Below are positions 28,198 through 36,779 of a DNA stretch of 64,000 nt, one piece after another. The stretch is from assembly GCA_016187745.1 (NCBI GenBank), contig JACPJC010000006.1, positions 32,001 through 96,000 of the forward strand, read 5' to 3'. The position numbers and the translations under genes are program-made. The notes beneath the pieces are model-generated. The model was given only the letters and a program-made list of their open reading frames with translations, was not told the origin of the DNA and made no database searches. The first letter of the stretch is position 1; every line of letters begins with the position of its first letter. Origin of the DNA: Candidatus Iainarchaeum sp. GTDB taxonomy: Archaea; Iainarchaeota; Iainarchaeia; Iainarchaeales; JAXPJC01.

Positions 28198-28628
28198 GCG
28201 CGGAGCAGAAGGCATCAAAAAAGGCAAGGCGCAAGGGCGTTGTAACAAAGGCAAGGCGCAAGACCGCAATAGCGCACGCCATTCTCAGAAAGGGCACCGG
28301 GAAAATAAGGGTGAACAGGATGCTCCTTGGAATTGTGCAGCCAAGGTATGTGCAATTGCTCATAAAGGAGCCTATAACACTTGCGGGGGAGCTTGCAAAT
28401 GACATTGATGTTGATGTAAGCGTAAAGGGCTCGGGGCAGATGGCGCAGGCGGTTGCCGCGCGCGGAGCAATAGCAAAGGCGCTGGTCGCATACACCAATA
28501 GCCCTAAGCTTAAAAAGGAATTCCTGGATTACAACAGGATGCTTATTGTTGATGACATAAGGCAGACCGAGCCCAAGAAGCCTTTGGGAAAAGGCGCAAG
28601 GGCAAAGAAGCAGAAATCAAAGAGATGA
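28194..28628 (+). CDS. rps9: 30S ribosomal protein uS9
   Basis: RKTAIA, GSG..AQA.A, EPKK..GKGARAK.QKS.R. Confidence 0.95.
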   Translation: MSAEQKASKKARRKGVVTKARRKTAIAHAILRKGTGKIRVNRMLLGIVQPRYVQLLIKEPITLAGELANDIDVDVSVKGSGQMAQAVAARGAIAKALVAYTNSPKLKKEFLDYNRMLIVDDIRQTEPKKPLGKGARAKKQKSKR

Positions 28629-28683
28629 CAAACATGGGGTTAATAAGGGCATTATGCCATTATAGCAGAAATCAAAGAGGTAA
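28609..28683. mobile_element. putative family C hairpin element (28635-28666) flanked by a 16-bp duplication of the rps9 3' end
   Basis: agcagaaatcaaagag at 28609-28624 and 28664-28679. 28635-28666 is 29/32 identical to the reverse complement of 35422-35453. Confidence 0.62.
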
Positions 28684-28700
28684 AATTCAGAGGTGAAAAA

Positions 28701-28898
28701 ATGATTGTTCCGGTAAGATGCTTTTCATGCGGGAAGGTTCTCGCTGGCATGTATGACGAGTATCTGCAGCGCATAAGAAAGGGGGAAAGCGCGCAGAAGG
28801 TCATGGATGCTTTGGGAATAGAAAGATACTGCTGCAGGCGCACTATTTTCGCGCATGTTGATTTGATGGATGAGATGCTTAAATTCCCAAGGCAGTAG
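28701..28898 (+). CDS. rpoN: RNA polymerase subunit N (Rpo10)
   Basis: PVRCFSCGK, RYCCRR. Confidence 0.97.
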   Translation: MIVPVRCFSCGKVLAGMYDEYLQRIRKGESAQKVMDALGIERYCCRRTIFAHVDLMDEMLKFPRQ

Positions 28899-28912
28899 AT
28901 GGAGTTGCAATA

Positions 28913-29731
28913 ATGAGCGAAGAAAAAAAGCACACTGAAAAGGCGGAAGCAGTGAAAACTCCGCAGAATGGGGATAAGCCGATTCCATCCCCGCAGAACG
29001 TTTACGGGAATGAGGAGTTCCAGATTTCAGGGAAAACGCTTGTTCCTGCCGACGTTTACCTCAAGGCGGGCGTGCACATTGGCACAAAATTCAAGTCCGG
29101 GGACATGTCGCGCTACATTTACAAGCAGAGAAGGGACGGCCTGAAGGTTATGGACATTGCGACATTTGATGAGCACCTGAGAATTGCTGCTAATTTCATC
29201 GCGCAGTTTGCCCCTGAAAGGGTTGCGATTGTCTCGCGCAAGCTTTACGGCCAGAAGCCAGTGCAGGAATTCGCTGAATCCATAGGCGCGCGCGCATTTG
29301 TTGCTAGGTTTGTGCCGGGAACCTTCACAAACCCCGAGGGGAAGGAGTTTGTCGAGCCGCAGCTTGTAATTGCAAATGACCCCGGGGCGGATGCGCAGGC
29401 AATATCGGAAGCAACAGTAATGAAAAGACCTGTAATCGCATTCTGCAATACCGACAGTTCGCTGAAAAATATTGACTTGGCAATCCCGATGAACAACAAG
29501 GGAAGGAAAAGCCTTGCGCTTGCGTACTGGATACTCACAAGGGAAGTCCTGCTCCTGCTCAACAAGATAAAGAGCCCTGCGGAATTCACAAAAAAGGTTG
29601 AGGATTTTGAATATGTGCTGAAGGAAGGGGCCTCTGAATCCGATGAGGGGGAAGAGGGCGGCAGGAAAAAAAGCTATGGAAGGGACAGGGAGCGCACTGA
29701 AAGAAGGGGATTCAGAAGGCGCGAATACTGA
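28913..29731 (+). CDS. rps2: 30S ribosomal protein uS2
   Basis: YLKAGVHIGT, RFVPGTFTNP, IPMNNKGRKSLAL. Confidence 0.96.
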   Translation: MSEEKKHTEKAEAVKTPQNGDKPIPSPQNVYGNEEFQISGKTLVPADVYLKAGVHIGTKFKSGDMSRYIYKQRRDGLKVMDIATFDEHLRIAANFIAQFAPERVAIVSRKLYGQKPVQEFAESIGARAFVARFVPGTFTNPEGKEFVEPQLVIANDPGADAQAISEATVMKRPVIAFCNTDSSLKNIDLAIPMNNKGRKSLALAYWILTREVLLLLNKIKSPAEFTKKVEDFEYVLKEGASESDEGEEGGRKKSYGRDRERTERRGFRRREY

Positions 29732-29750
29732 TTCTCCAGAATGAAAAAAC

Positions 29751-30563
29751 ATGGATTCAAGGAAGTGCGCGGTCTCGGGCTCTTTTTACCCTTCAAACGC
29801 TGAAGAATTGAAATACGCTGTTTCTGGATTTTTCGCAAATGTTAAGCTGATGCATAAGAACAAAACTTCCGTAATTGTCGCTCCGCACGCGGGATACGGA
29901 TATTCGGGGCAAACGGCGGCATACGCCTACTCTGTTTTGAATTCCGCTGAAACATTTGTAATCCTTTGCCCTAATCACACAGGGCTGGGAAGCGCGGTTT
30001 CAATCTCCTCAAGTGCGCAATGGGAAACCCCTCTGGGAAATCTGCAGGTTGATGCGCAATTTGCTGATGCGCTTGCTGATGCTCTCAGAATTGAACGTGA
30101 TGATTTAGCGCATTTGCAAGAGCATGCAATTGAAGTGCAGCTCCCCTTCATAATCCGCAAATTCGGGAACAAAGTGAAAATCGTTCCGATTTGTTTAGCA
30201 ATTGATGATTTTAATTCCTTAATAAAAGTTGGGCAGGCGATAAGTGAAATTCAGGCTAAAACAAAAACAAAAATCTGCGTCATTGCAAGCTCTGATTTCT
30301 CGCATTTCATCCCTTTGGAAAGCGCGAAGGAGAAGGATTCTGAGGCGATAGAAGAAATCAAAAAACTGGATGTCTCCGCTTTCTACAAATTGGTGCATTC
30401 CAGGCGCCTAAGCATCTGCGGATACGGGGCGATAATTGCGGCAGTTAAGTATGCGAAGGAAAAGGGGATGGAGCGCGCTGAGTTCCTGCGTTACTCAACA
30501 AGCGCCGATGCAACGCGCGACAGGAGCAGTGTTGTGGGCTATGCCGCATTGGCATTTTACTAG
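29751..30563 (+). CDS. MEMO1 family protein (AmmeMemoRadiSam protein B)
   Basis: VSGSFYP, PHAGYGYSG, EHAIEVQLPF, ASSDFSH, CGYG, VGY. Confidence 0.93.
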   Translation: MDSRKCAVSGSFYPSNAEELKYAVSGFFANVKLMHKNKTSVIVAPHAGYGYSGQTAAYAYSVLNSAETFVILCPNHTGLGSAVSISSSAQWETPLGNLQVDAQFADALADALRIERDDLAHLQEHAIEVQLPFIIRKFGNKVKIVPICLAIDDFNSLIKVGQAISEIQAKTKTKICVIASSDFSHFIPLESAKEKDSEAIEEIKKLDVSAFYKLVHSRRLSICGYGAIIAAVKYAKEKGMERAEFLRYSTSADATRDRSSVVGYAALAFY

Positions 30564-30598
30564 TTAGATTTAAATTGAACATGAACGTTAGATTATCT

Positions 30599-31228
30599 AT
30601 GAAACTGAACTTTAAGGATCCAACAGTCATTTCCCTTGTTCTGGCAAACCTGATTACAATTGTCATAGCGGTCTGGTTCAGCTGGAACCTGCTTGATTTG
30701 CTCTGGGTTTACTGGTGGCAGAGTATAATAATCGGGTTTTTCACCTTTTTTAAAATATTGTCGCTTAAGGATTTTTCTACAAAGAACTTTACCATACACG
30801 TTAGTGGCATAATTGCTGGCACAACCAAAGGGCAGCCAAAGCCGGTAAAAGTTGGCAAGGAGGGTGCTGCCCTCTTTTTCGCATTCCACTACGGCTTTTT
30901 TCATTTGGGGTATGCTGTTTTTTTGATGACTCTGCCATTCGGAACTTCCGCTAATTTCGGATATGTGGCGCTTGCTGCAGCAGCCTTTTTAATAAATCAT
31001 CTTTTTTCCTTTTTGTATTACAGGGGCCGGCAAAAGAAAAAGCAGAACCTTGGGGCAATAATGCTTTCCCCCTACAAGAGGATAGTTCCCATGCACTTCA
31101 CAATGATTGCAGGCGGGTTTTTAGCAGCCGGCGCCATATTGCTTGTTATATTCCTCCTTCTTAAAACAGCCGTTGATGTCATAATGCACGCTATAGAGCA
31201 CGAGGGGCGGCAGCCGGATAAGCTGTAA
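30599..31228 (+). CDS. membrane protein (DUF6498-like)
   Basis: YWWQS.IIG, FF.FHYG.F, PYKRI.PMH, LKT..D...H; start uncertain. Confidence 0.7.
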   Translation: MKLNFKDPTVISLVLANLITIVIAVWFSWNLLDLLWVYWWQSIIIGFFTFFKILSLKDFSTKNFTIHVSGIIAGTTKGQPKPVKVGKEGAALFFAFHYGFFHLGYAVFLMTLPFGTSANFGYVALAAAAFLINHLFSFLYYRGRQKKKQNLGAIMLSPYKRIVPMHFTMIAGGFLAAGAILLVIFLLLKTAVDVIMHAIEHEGRQPDKL

Positions 31229-31345
31229 TTTTCTGTCAAGCCGCCCGTTATCTCTTTTTGGCTAAAAACGAAAAAAGCAAAACAGCGCTGTTTAAATACT
31301 TCAGAGTCTTGTTATAGTTAAATTCAACGCAAAGGAGGTGCACAA

Positions 31346-31819
31346 ATGGCTGATATCGGGAAGTTGTTGAGCGCAACAAAATTGCAGCTTGCAATAGTGA
31401 TTGTGCTGGGAATAATCTCAGCGGCAATAACCTACATGGCATATTCGGGGATTAGCACTGTGGAAGATATGCTCGCGCTTGCGGCAAGCCCAGTAATGCT
31501 GGTTTCAAGCGTTTTGGGGCTGGTCGGCCTTATGGTAATAATATGGGCAGGCTATGTCGCGGCAAAGGCAGTCAGGGGCGGAGCTGTTGATGGCGGGCTT
31601 GCAGGGGCATTGATCGGAGTCATTTCAGGCGTAATCGGCGGAATAATAAGCCTTGCAACAATAATGCCGTTAATGGCAAAGCTGTATGCTGCGGTTCCCA
31701 TGATGTCCGGCGCATTAGCGGGCGCTGGTGCAGTTAGCCTTGTAATCGGCGTAATAGTCGCTGCAATAATCGGCTTCATTCTGGGGGCAATAGGCGGATT
31801 CATCGGAAGGAAAAAATAG
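31346..31819 (+). CDS. Gly-rich four-TM membrane protein
   Basis: GGAGGTG SD; hydrophobic helices with GxxxG motifs. Confidence 0.75.
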   Translation: MADIGKLLSATKLQLAIVIVLGIISAAITYMAYSGISTVEDMLALAASPVMLVSSVLGLVGLMVIIWAGYVAAKAVRGGAVDGGLAGALIGVISGVIGGIISLATIMPLMAKLYAAVPMMSGALAGAGAVSLVIGVIVAAIIGFILGAIGGFIGRKK

Positions 31820-31861
31820 GCGGGCTTTCAATCCGCTTTTCCTTCTTTTTCTTGTTTTTTT
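31820..31861 (+). terminator. hairpin plus oligo-T terminator
   Basis: gcgg...ccgc followed by ttttccttctttttcttgtttttt. Confidence 0.5.
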
Positions 31862-31927
31862 GCTGTTTGCCTATGGGCAGAAAGCCTACCAAAAGCCTTT
31901 TATTCACTGAAAGCAGTAAATATTATA

Positions 31928-31950
31928 TATACTAAAGGTACTATAGTATA
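31928..31950. promoter_or_regulatory. palindromic operator candidate upstream of the TrmB-family gene
   Basis: TATACTA-N9-TAGTATA, containing TACT-aaa-GGTA and TACT-at-AGTA. Confidence 0.5.
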
Positions 31951-31973
31951 AGCAAGGCATTTTGGGTTAGAAC

Positions 31974-32735
31974 ATGGACTTGGAAGCTGTAAATGGGTTT
32001 TTGCAGAGGCTTGGGCTTACTGAATATGAGGCAAGGACTCTTTCCTCATTGTTCAGGCTGCGCGAGGCCGAAGCTCCGGAAATAAGCAGGAGCGCCCAGG
32101 TTCCGAAAACGCGCGTTTATGATGTTCTGGAAAGGCTTATGAAGCGCAAGCTTGTTATTGAAACATACGGCAGGCCAAAAAAATACAGGGTATTGGAAAG
32201 CGAGGCTGTTTTTAAGGAACTTCTGAACGGAAAGAAAAATGAGATTTCAGATTTGGAAAGGGAAGCGGGCGCAATAAGAAGCGTGATTTCCGACTCGGGC
32301 GCAATTGCAAAATCCGAGGGCGAGAGGGTAATGAAGGTGAAGGACCGCAATGACTTCATAAAAATACTTTCCCAGGAATTGGGAAGCGCAAAAAGCGATG
32401 TGATTGCATTTACGAATTTCTCAAAGCACCATTATCCGGAGTTTGCGGACGCGATAAAGAAGGCAAGCTCTAAAAGGGTCAAGGTCAGGGTGCTTGCAAA
32501 ATTGCCGAATGAAGTTGCGCATCTTTCCAAGGAATTCGCAAAATCGGGGGTTTCACACAGGGATGCGGAGCACGGGATGCACGCGTATGTTGTTGATGGA
32601 AGGAAAGTAATACTTGCAATAAGCGATTTCACTGAGGAAAGGCCGGAATACCATTTCACAATCTGGCCGAACAACAAGGGAATGGCCTCAGCGCTTTCAG
32701 GCTATTTTGAGGAAGTCTGGAAGAAGGGGAAATAA
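31974..32735 (+). CDS. TrmB family transcriptional regulator
   Basis: LGLTEYEAR...VPKTRVYDVLERL wHTH plus PLD-like effector domain. Confidence 0.9.
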   Translation: MDLEAVNGFLQRLGLTEYEARTLSSLFRLREAEAPEISRSAQVPKTRVYDVLERLMKRKLVIETYGRPKKYRVLESEAVFKELLNGKKNEISDLEREAGAIRSVISDSGAIAKSEGERVMKVKDRNDFIKILSQELGSAKSDVIAFTNFSKHHYPEFADAIKKASSKRVKVRVLAKLPNEVAHLSKEFAKSGVSHRDAEHGMHAYVVDGRKVILAISDFTEERPEYHFTIWPNNKGMASALSGYFEEVWKKGK

Positions 32736-32788
32736 GCCGGAATGGAAGCATACTCTGAAAATTTTAAACTATATAAGAGGAAAACAAA

Positions 32789-33070
32789 ATGAGATTCAAT
32801 CCCCTTAGAAGGCTTAAAAGAGGGGTATATTCCAGAAATGAAGGCTGGAGATGGGGAAAAGAAGACGAACATGTTTGGAAACATGGAGGCGGGGGAGGGG
32901 ATAAACCTACTTTTGAAGACCTCAAGAATTTTATAAGAGGCCAGATTAGAGTGGATGCACCTCTGAAAGAGGTGAATGATGCCCTGAATAGCATGAAACA
33001 ACATTTTTCAGAGGAGCAGATATTGGCTGCACAAAGGGCTGTTGAAGAAGAGCGCAAGGTAAAGAAATAA
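32789..33070 (+). CDS. small orphan hypothetical protein
   Basis: 93-aa ORF with upstream TATA-like and GAGG sequence; basic N-terminus. Confidence 0.55.
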   Translation: MRFNPLRRLKRGVYSRNEGWRWGKEDEHVWKHGGGGGDKPTFEDLKNFIRGQIRVDAPLKEVNDALNSMKQHFSEEQILAAQRAVEEERKVKK

Positions 33071-33101
33071 TTTGTGGCAAGCAGATAAAGGGGGATAAAT
33101 C

Positions 33102-33299
33102 ATGAAGCCAGGCGGTGCAATTAGAAAAGCTAACATTGCGAGAGTTAAGAATTTCATTATAAAAGGAAAGGGCGGAAATGAATTGTCTGGAAAGGAAAAA
33201 AGTTTGCTTAATAGGTATATAGGAATAAAGGGAAAAACTCCGAAAGTAAAGCGCCTGAATGCGCCAAGGGTGCGCAGGTTTTTGAAAAATGCAGGGTAA
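33102..33299 (+). CDS. small basic orphan protein
   Basis: 65 aa, K/R-rich, GGGGA SD-like. Confidence 0.5.
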   Translation: MKPGGAIRKANIARVKNFIIKGKGGNELSGKEKSLLNRYIGIKGKTPKVKRLNAPRVRRFLKNAG

Positions 33300-33557
33300 G
33301 TGAAAAAAGTGCCAGTATTCCGTGGAAAACCAGAGAGATACCCGCGCCCACTTCGTAAAGGCGAAGAAATAAATCTTAAATCTGACTTGATGCGATTCAC
33401 TGACTTTAAGATAAATATTGACCTGAACAAATTAAATTATGAAGAATTAGAGATGCTTAAACCAATTGTAGACGATATAAAAAGGGGAAATAAAATGGAT
33501 AAAAAACGCCTAAACCTATACGACACATTGATGAAAAAGCTTACCCGTGAAACCTAA
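33300..33557 (+). CDS. small basic orphan protein
   Basis: 85 aa, GTG start adjacent to the upstream stop. Confidence 0.5.
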   Translation: MKKVPVFRGKPERYPRPLRKGEEINLKSDLMRFTDFKINIDLNKLNYEELEMLKPIVDDIKRGNKMDKKRLNLYDTLMKKLTRET

Positions 33558-33594
33558 TTTTATATACCCTTGCGGCATAATATTACTGGTTGAA

Positions 33595-35316
33595 ATGGCT
33601 GAGGAAAGCGCGGATCTTGAAGGGCTTATTTACAAGTATGCCATCAAAAATGCATTCCTTCACAGCGGGAAGGCCGATGTTGGCGCGGTTGTGGGGAAGG
33701 TTATTGCGCTGCAGAAGGAAGCGGAAGTTGACTTGAAGAAAATAGTTCCCAAAATCCAGGGGATTGTGAAGGGAATAAATTCAATGCCTTTTGCTGAGAT
33801 TGAAGAGGAGTATAAGAAATTTGAGGAAGCGGGATATGAGCTGAAGCCGAAGGAGAAAAAGATTGGATTGCCGGATTTGGAGTGGATGCAATCCGGAAAG
33901 GAAAGTGTTGTTGCAAGGTTTGCGCCGAATCCGAATGGCCCAATGCATTTCGGGCATGCGCGCGCCTGCTATATGAGCTATGCGTTTGCGGAGAAATATG
34001 CTGGCAAGTTTATTTTGAGGTTTGATGATACCGACCCGAAAATCAAGAAGCCTGTTGCGGAAGCTTATAAGGCATTTGAGAGGGATGTGGAATGGCTCAA
34101 TGGAAGTGCGCCAAATGAAATCATTTACGCTTCGGACAGGCTGGATTTGTATTATGATTATATGCGCAGGCTGATTGAAAAGGACGGCGCGTACATATGC
34201 AACTGCGCTTCAGAGAAATGGCGCGGGCTCATAAGAAAGGGAAAGGGCTGCAAGTGCAGGGCTGAAAACAAAAAAGAACAGATGAAGAAATTCAAGAAGA
34301 TGCTGGCGCATGAGTCCAGGGAAGGGGAAGCCGTAATCCGCATCAAGACCGATTTGGCGCACAAGGACCCGAGCACAAGGGACTGGTGGATTGCAAAAAT
34401 CGTTGACAAGCCGGAGCATCCGAGAGTTTCGGGAAAGTACCTGTGGCCAAGCTATAATTTCGCGAGCGCAATAGATGACCATGAGCTTGGAATTACATTA
34501 ATAATAAGGGGGCAGCAGCACGCGCAGAATGAGACGAAGCAGAAATTCCTCTATGAGTATTTCAAGTGGAAATACCCCCATGCAATTACATATGGGCTGC
34601 TGAAACTGAGTGAAACAGTACTGAGCAAGAGCAAGATAAAGGCGAAGATTGAGGAGGGGGAATTCTCAGGGTTTGATGACCCCAGAGTCGGAACGCTTGA
34701 GAACCTCCGCAGGAGGGGCATAACTGCAGAAGCAATAAGGGAAATCCTGATTGATATCGGGGTTAAGCCGAATGACATTACAGTGAGCGAGGATGCGCTT
34801 TATGATGCGAACCGCAATGTAATTGATGCTAATGCGGACAGGATAATTTTCATTTCGGAGCCGGTGCTGATTGATGTGCAGTTCGCGCAGGGGATTGACG
34901 CGAAACTGCCAAGGCACCCTGATGCTTCGGAGCGCGGGGAGAAGGTTTATCATTTGAATGAGGGCATGCAGCGCTTCATAATTGAGAAGGGCGATGCCGA
35001 GAAATTGAAAACAGGGGAAACAATAAGGCTTAAGCATGCATACAATGTGAGGATTGTAAAAAAGGATTCCATGCAGATTTTTGCTGAATTCGTGAGCGCT
35101 TCAAAAATTGATGCGCCGCTGATTCCCTGGCTTTTGGAAGAGGAGAGCATTGGGATTGAGGTGCTGATGCCTGATGCAAAAATTGTTTACGGGAGCGCGG
35201 AAGCGGAACTGCTCAAATATGATGTTGGAAGCATCCTGCAGCTGGAAAGATTGGGATATGCAAGGCTTGATGCAAGGGAAGGGAATTCCGCCAGGCTCTG
35301 GTTTGCGCATAAATGA
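33595..35316 (+). CDS. gltX: glutamyl-tRNA synthetase (archaeal type)
   Basis: RFAPNPNGPMHFGH, RFDDTDP, LSKS, GFDDPR, QLERLGY. Confidence 0.96.
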   Translation: MAEESADLEGLIYKYAIKNAFLHSGKADVGAVVGKVIALQKEAEVDLKKIVPKIQGIVKGINSMPFAEIEEEYKKFEEAGYELKPKEKKIGLPDLEWMQSGKESVVARFAPNPNGPMHFGHARACYMSYAFAEKYAGKFILRFDDTDPKIKKPVAEAYKAFERDVEWLNGSAPNEIIYASDRLDLYYDYMRRLIEKDGAYICNCASEKWRGLIRKGKGCKCRAENKKEQMKKFKKMLAHESREGEAVIRIKTDLAHKDPSTRDWWIAKIVDKPEHPRVSGKYLWPSYNFASAIDDHELGITLIIRGQQHAQNETKQKFLYEYFKWKYPHAITYGLLKLSETVLSKSKIKAKIEEGEFSGFDDPRVGTLENLRRRGITAEAIREILIDIGVKPNDITVSEDALYDANRNVIDANADRIIFISEPVLIDVQFAQGIDAKLPRHPDASERGEKVYHLNEGMQRFIIEKGDAEKLKTGETIRLKHAYNVRIVKKDSMQIFAEFVSASKIDAPLIPWLLEEESIGIEVLMPDAKIVYGSAEAELLKYDVGSILQLERLGYARLDAREGNSARLWFAHK

Positions 35317-35374
35317 GCGGATTAGTTTGATTTAAAAACCTTAAGGCGCAGGGTATATTATACGTTTTGATTCT

Positions 35375-35420
35375 GGGTTGCATCTTTTTTTGATAAAACC
35401 TGTGATAAAACGATGAACCC
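35375..35420 (+). promoter_or_regulatory. K-loop/kink-turn-like hairpin in the L7Ae 5' leader
   Basis: gggtt-g-catc pairs with gatg-aaccc. Apical TTTTTGA (D-like) and GTGATAAAA (C-like) give tandem G.A pairs plus U.U. Confidence 0.6.
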
Positions 35421-35421
35421 C

Positions 35422-35453
35422 GCAATAAGGGCATAATGCCCTTATGAACCCCA
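35422..35453 (-). repeat. family C hairpin element
   Basis: Perfect palindrome ataagggcat-a-atgcccttat (35425-35445); atgaacccc repeated at 35413 and 35444. Confidence 0.7.
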
Positions 35454-35499
35454 AGCAGGAAAATTGTTTGGGCAGGGGCGAGAAAAGGAGGTTTCTGAT

Positions 35500-35853
35500 A
35501 TGGCTGAGAAGAAAGCTGAAAAGGCCGAGGCAAAGGAAGTCAGTGTGCAGAATCCGCTTGCGCTTGTCGAGAAAGTGAAGAAGACAGGCAAGCTGAAAAT
35601 AGGCATAAATGAGGTTACAAAGGCTGTTGAGAGGGGAGTCGCAAAGGCGGTTGTTGTTGCGGAGGACGTTAACCCCAAGGAAATAGTGATGCATCTGCCT
35701 GCGCTTTGCAAGGAAAAGAACATCCCGTTGCTGAATGCTCCGAGCAAAAAAGAGCTTGGTGAGAAGGCAGGGATTGTTGTCGGAACTGCGGCAGTTGCCG
35801 TTCTTGAAGAGGGCGATGCGAAGAAGGATATTGACGCGCTGCACAAGAAATGA
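35500..35853 (+). CDS. rpl7ae: 50S ribosomal protein L7Ae
   Basis: KIGINEVTKAVERG, AEDVNP.EIV.HLP.LC.EK; GGAGG SD before ATG 35500. Confidence 0.95.
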   Translation: MAEKKAEKAEAKEVSVQNPLALVEKVKKTGKLKIGINEVTKAVERGVAKAVVVAEDVNPKEIVMHLPALCKEKNIPLLNAPSKKELGEKAGIVVGTAAVAVLEEGDAKKDIDALHKK

Positions 35854-35871
35854 ATTTAAGGGGAAATTAAA

Positions 35872-36093
35872 ATGGCTGAATACAGGGAAAGGGGCACTCC
35901 GGCAGAGGTTGTTGAAGTTGTGAAGCGCACGGGCGTGTATGGGGAAATCAAGCAGGTGCTGTGCAAAATACTGGAAGGGCCGGAAGTTGGAAGGGTAAAG
36001 CGCAGGAATGTGAAGGGAAATCTCAAGAAAGGGGACATTGTTGTGCTGTTGAGCACAGAGCGCGAGGCAAAAGAAATCAAGGCGAGGGGTTGA
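35872..36093 (+). CDS. rps28e: 30S ribosomal protein eS28
   Basis: RTGVYGE, RNVKG...GDI..L..TEREA. Confidence 0.94.
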   Translation: MAEYRERGTPAEVVEVVKRTGVYGEIKQVLCKILEGPEVGRVKRRNVKGNLKKGDIVVLLSTEREAKEIKARG

Positions 36094-36095
36094 AT

Positions 36096-36296
36096 ATGCC
36101 AAAGTGCAGTTTTTGCGGGGACAATCTGCTCCGCGGCTCGGGGCTCATGTATGTCAAGAAGGACACTACAGTTTATTATTTCTGCAGCCGCAAGTGCGAG
36201 AAGAATCTCCTGAATTTGCGCAGAAACCCGAGAAAGGCGGAATGGACCGCAACGCATAAGAAGTGGAAAGGCGCGGGCTCAAAGGAAGGCGGCTAA
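36096..36296 (+). CDS. rpl24e: 50S ribosomal protein eL24
   Basis: CSFCG, FCSRKCEKN, RNPRK.EWT. Confidence 0.94.
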   Translation: MPKCSFCGDNLLRGSGLMYVKKDTTVYYFCSRKCEKNLLNLRRNPRKAEWTATHKKWKGAGSKEGG

Positions 36297-36297
36297 A

Positions 36298-36777
36298 ATG
36301 GTGAATGAGCGCACCCTGATAATAGTAAAGCCCGATGCATTGAATAGGGATTTGGCGGGGGAGGCTATTTCAAGGTTCGAGAGAAAGGGCCTCAAAATTG
36401 TTGCAATGAAGATGGAGCATCTTCCTGTTTATAAACTGAAGGAGCATTATGCGCACCTTGCGGAAAAGGCATTTTTCGAAGAGTTAATAAAATACATGTC
36501 AAGCATACCCTCAATCCTGATGGTTTTGGAGGGAAAGGAAGCGTGCAAGGTTGCAAGAAAGCTTATCGGGGGGACTTACGGAAGGGAGGCTGAGCCTGGA
36601 ACTTTAAGGGGAGACTACAGCGTCAGCAACCAGATGAACCTTGTGCATGCGTCCGAAACCCCTGAAATAGCCGAGAAGGAAATAAAGAACTTCTTTGCAG
36701 AAAAGGAAATTTTTGAATACAACAAGACAAACTTTGACTGGATTTATGCAAGGGATTCCAAAGGCGAAATTGTGTAG
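36298..36777 (+). CDS. ndk: nucleoside diphosphate kinase
   Basis: ERTLIIVKPD, PGTLRGD, NLVHASE. Confidence 0.96.
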   Translation: MVNERTLIIVKPDALNRDLAGEAISRFERKGLKIVAMKMEHLPVYKLKEHYAHLAEKAFFEELIKYMSSIPSILMVLEGKEACKVARKLIGGTYGREAEPGTLRGDYSVSNQMNLVHASETPEIAEKEIKNFFAEKEIFEYNKTNFDWIYARDSKGEIV

Positions 36778-36779
36778 GG

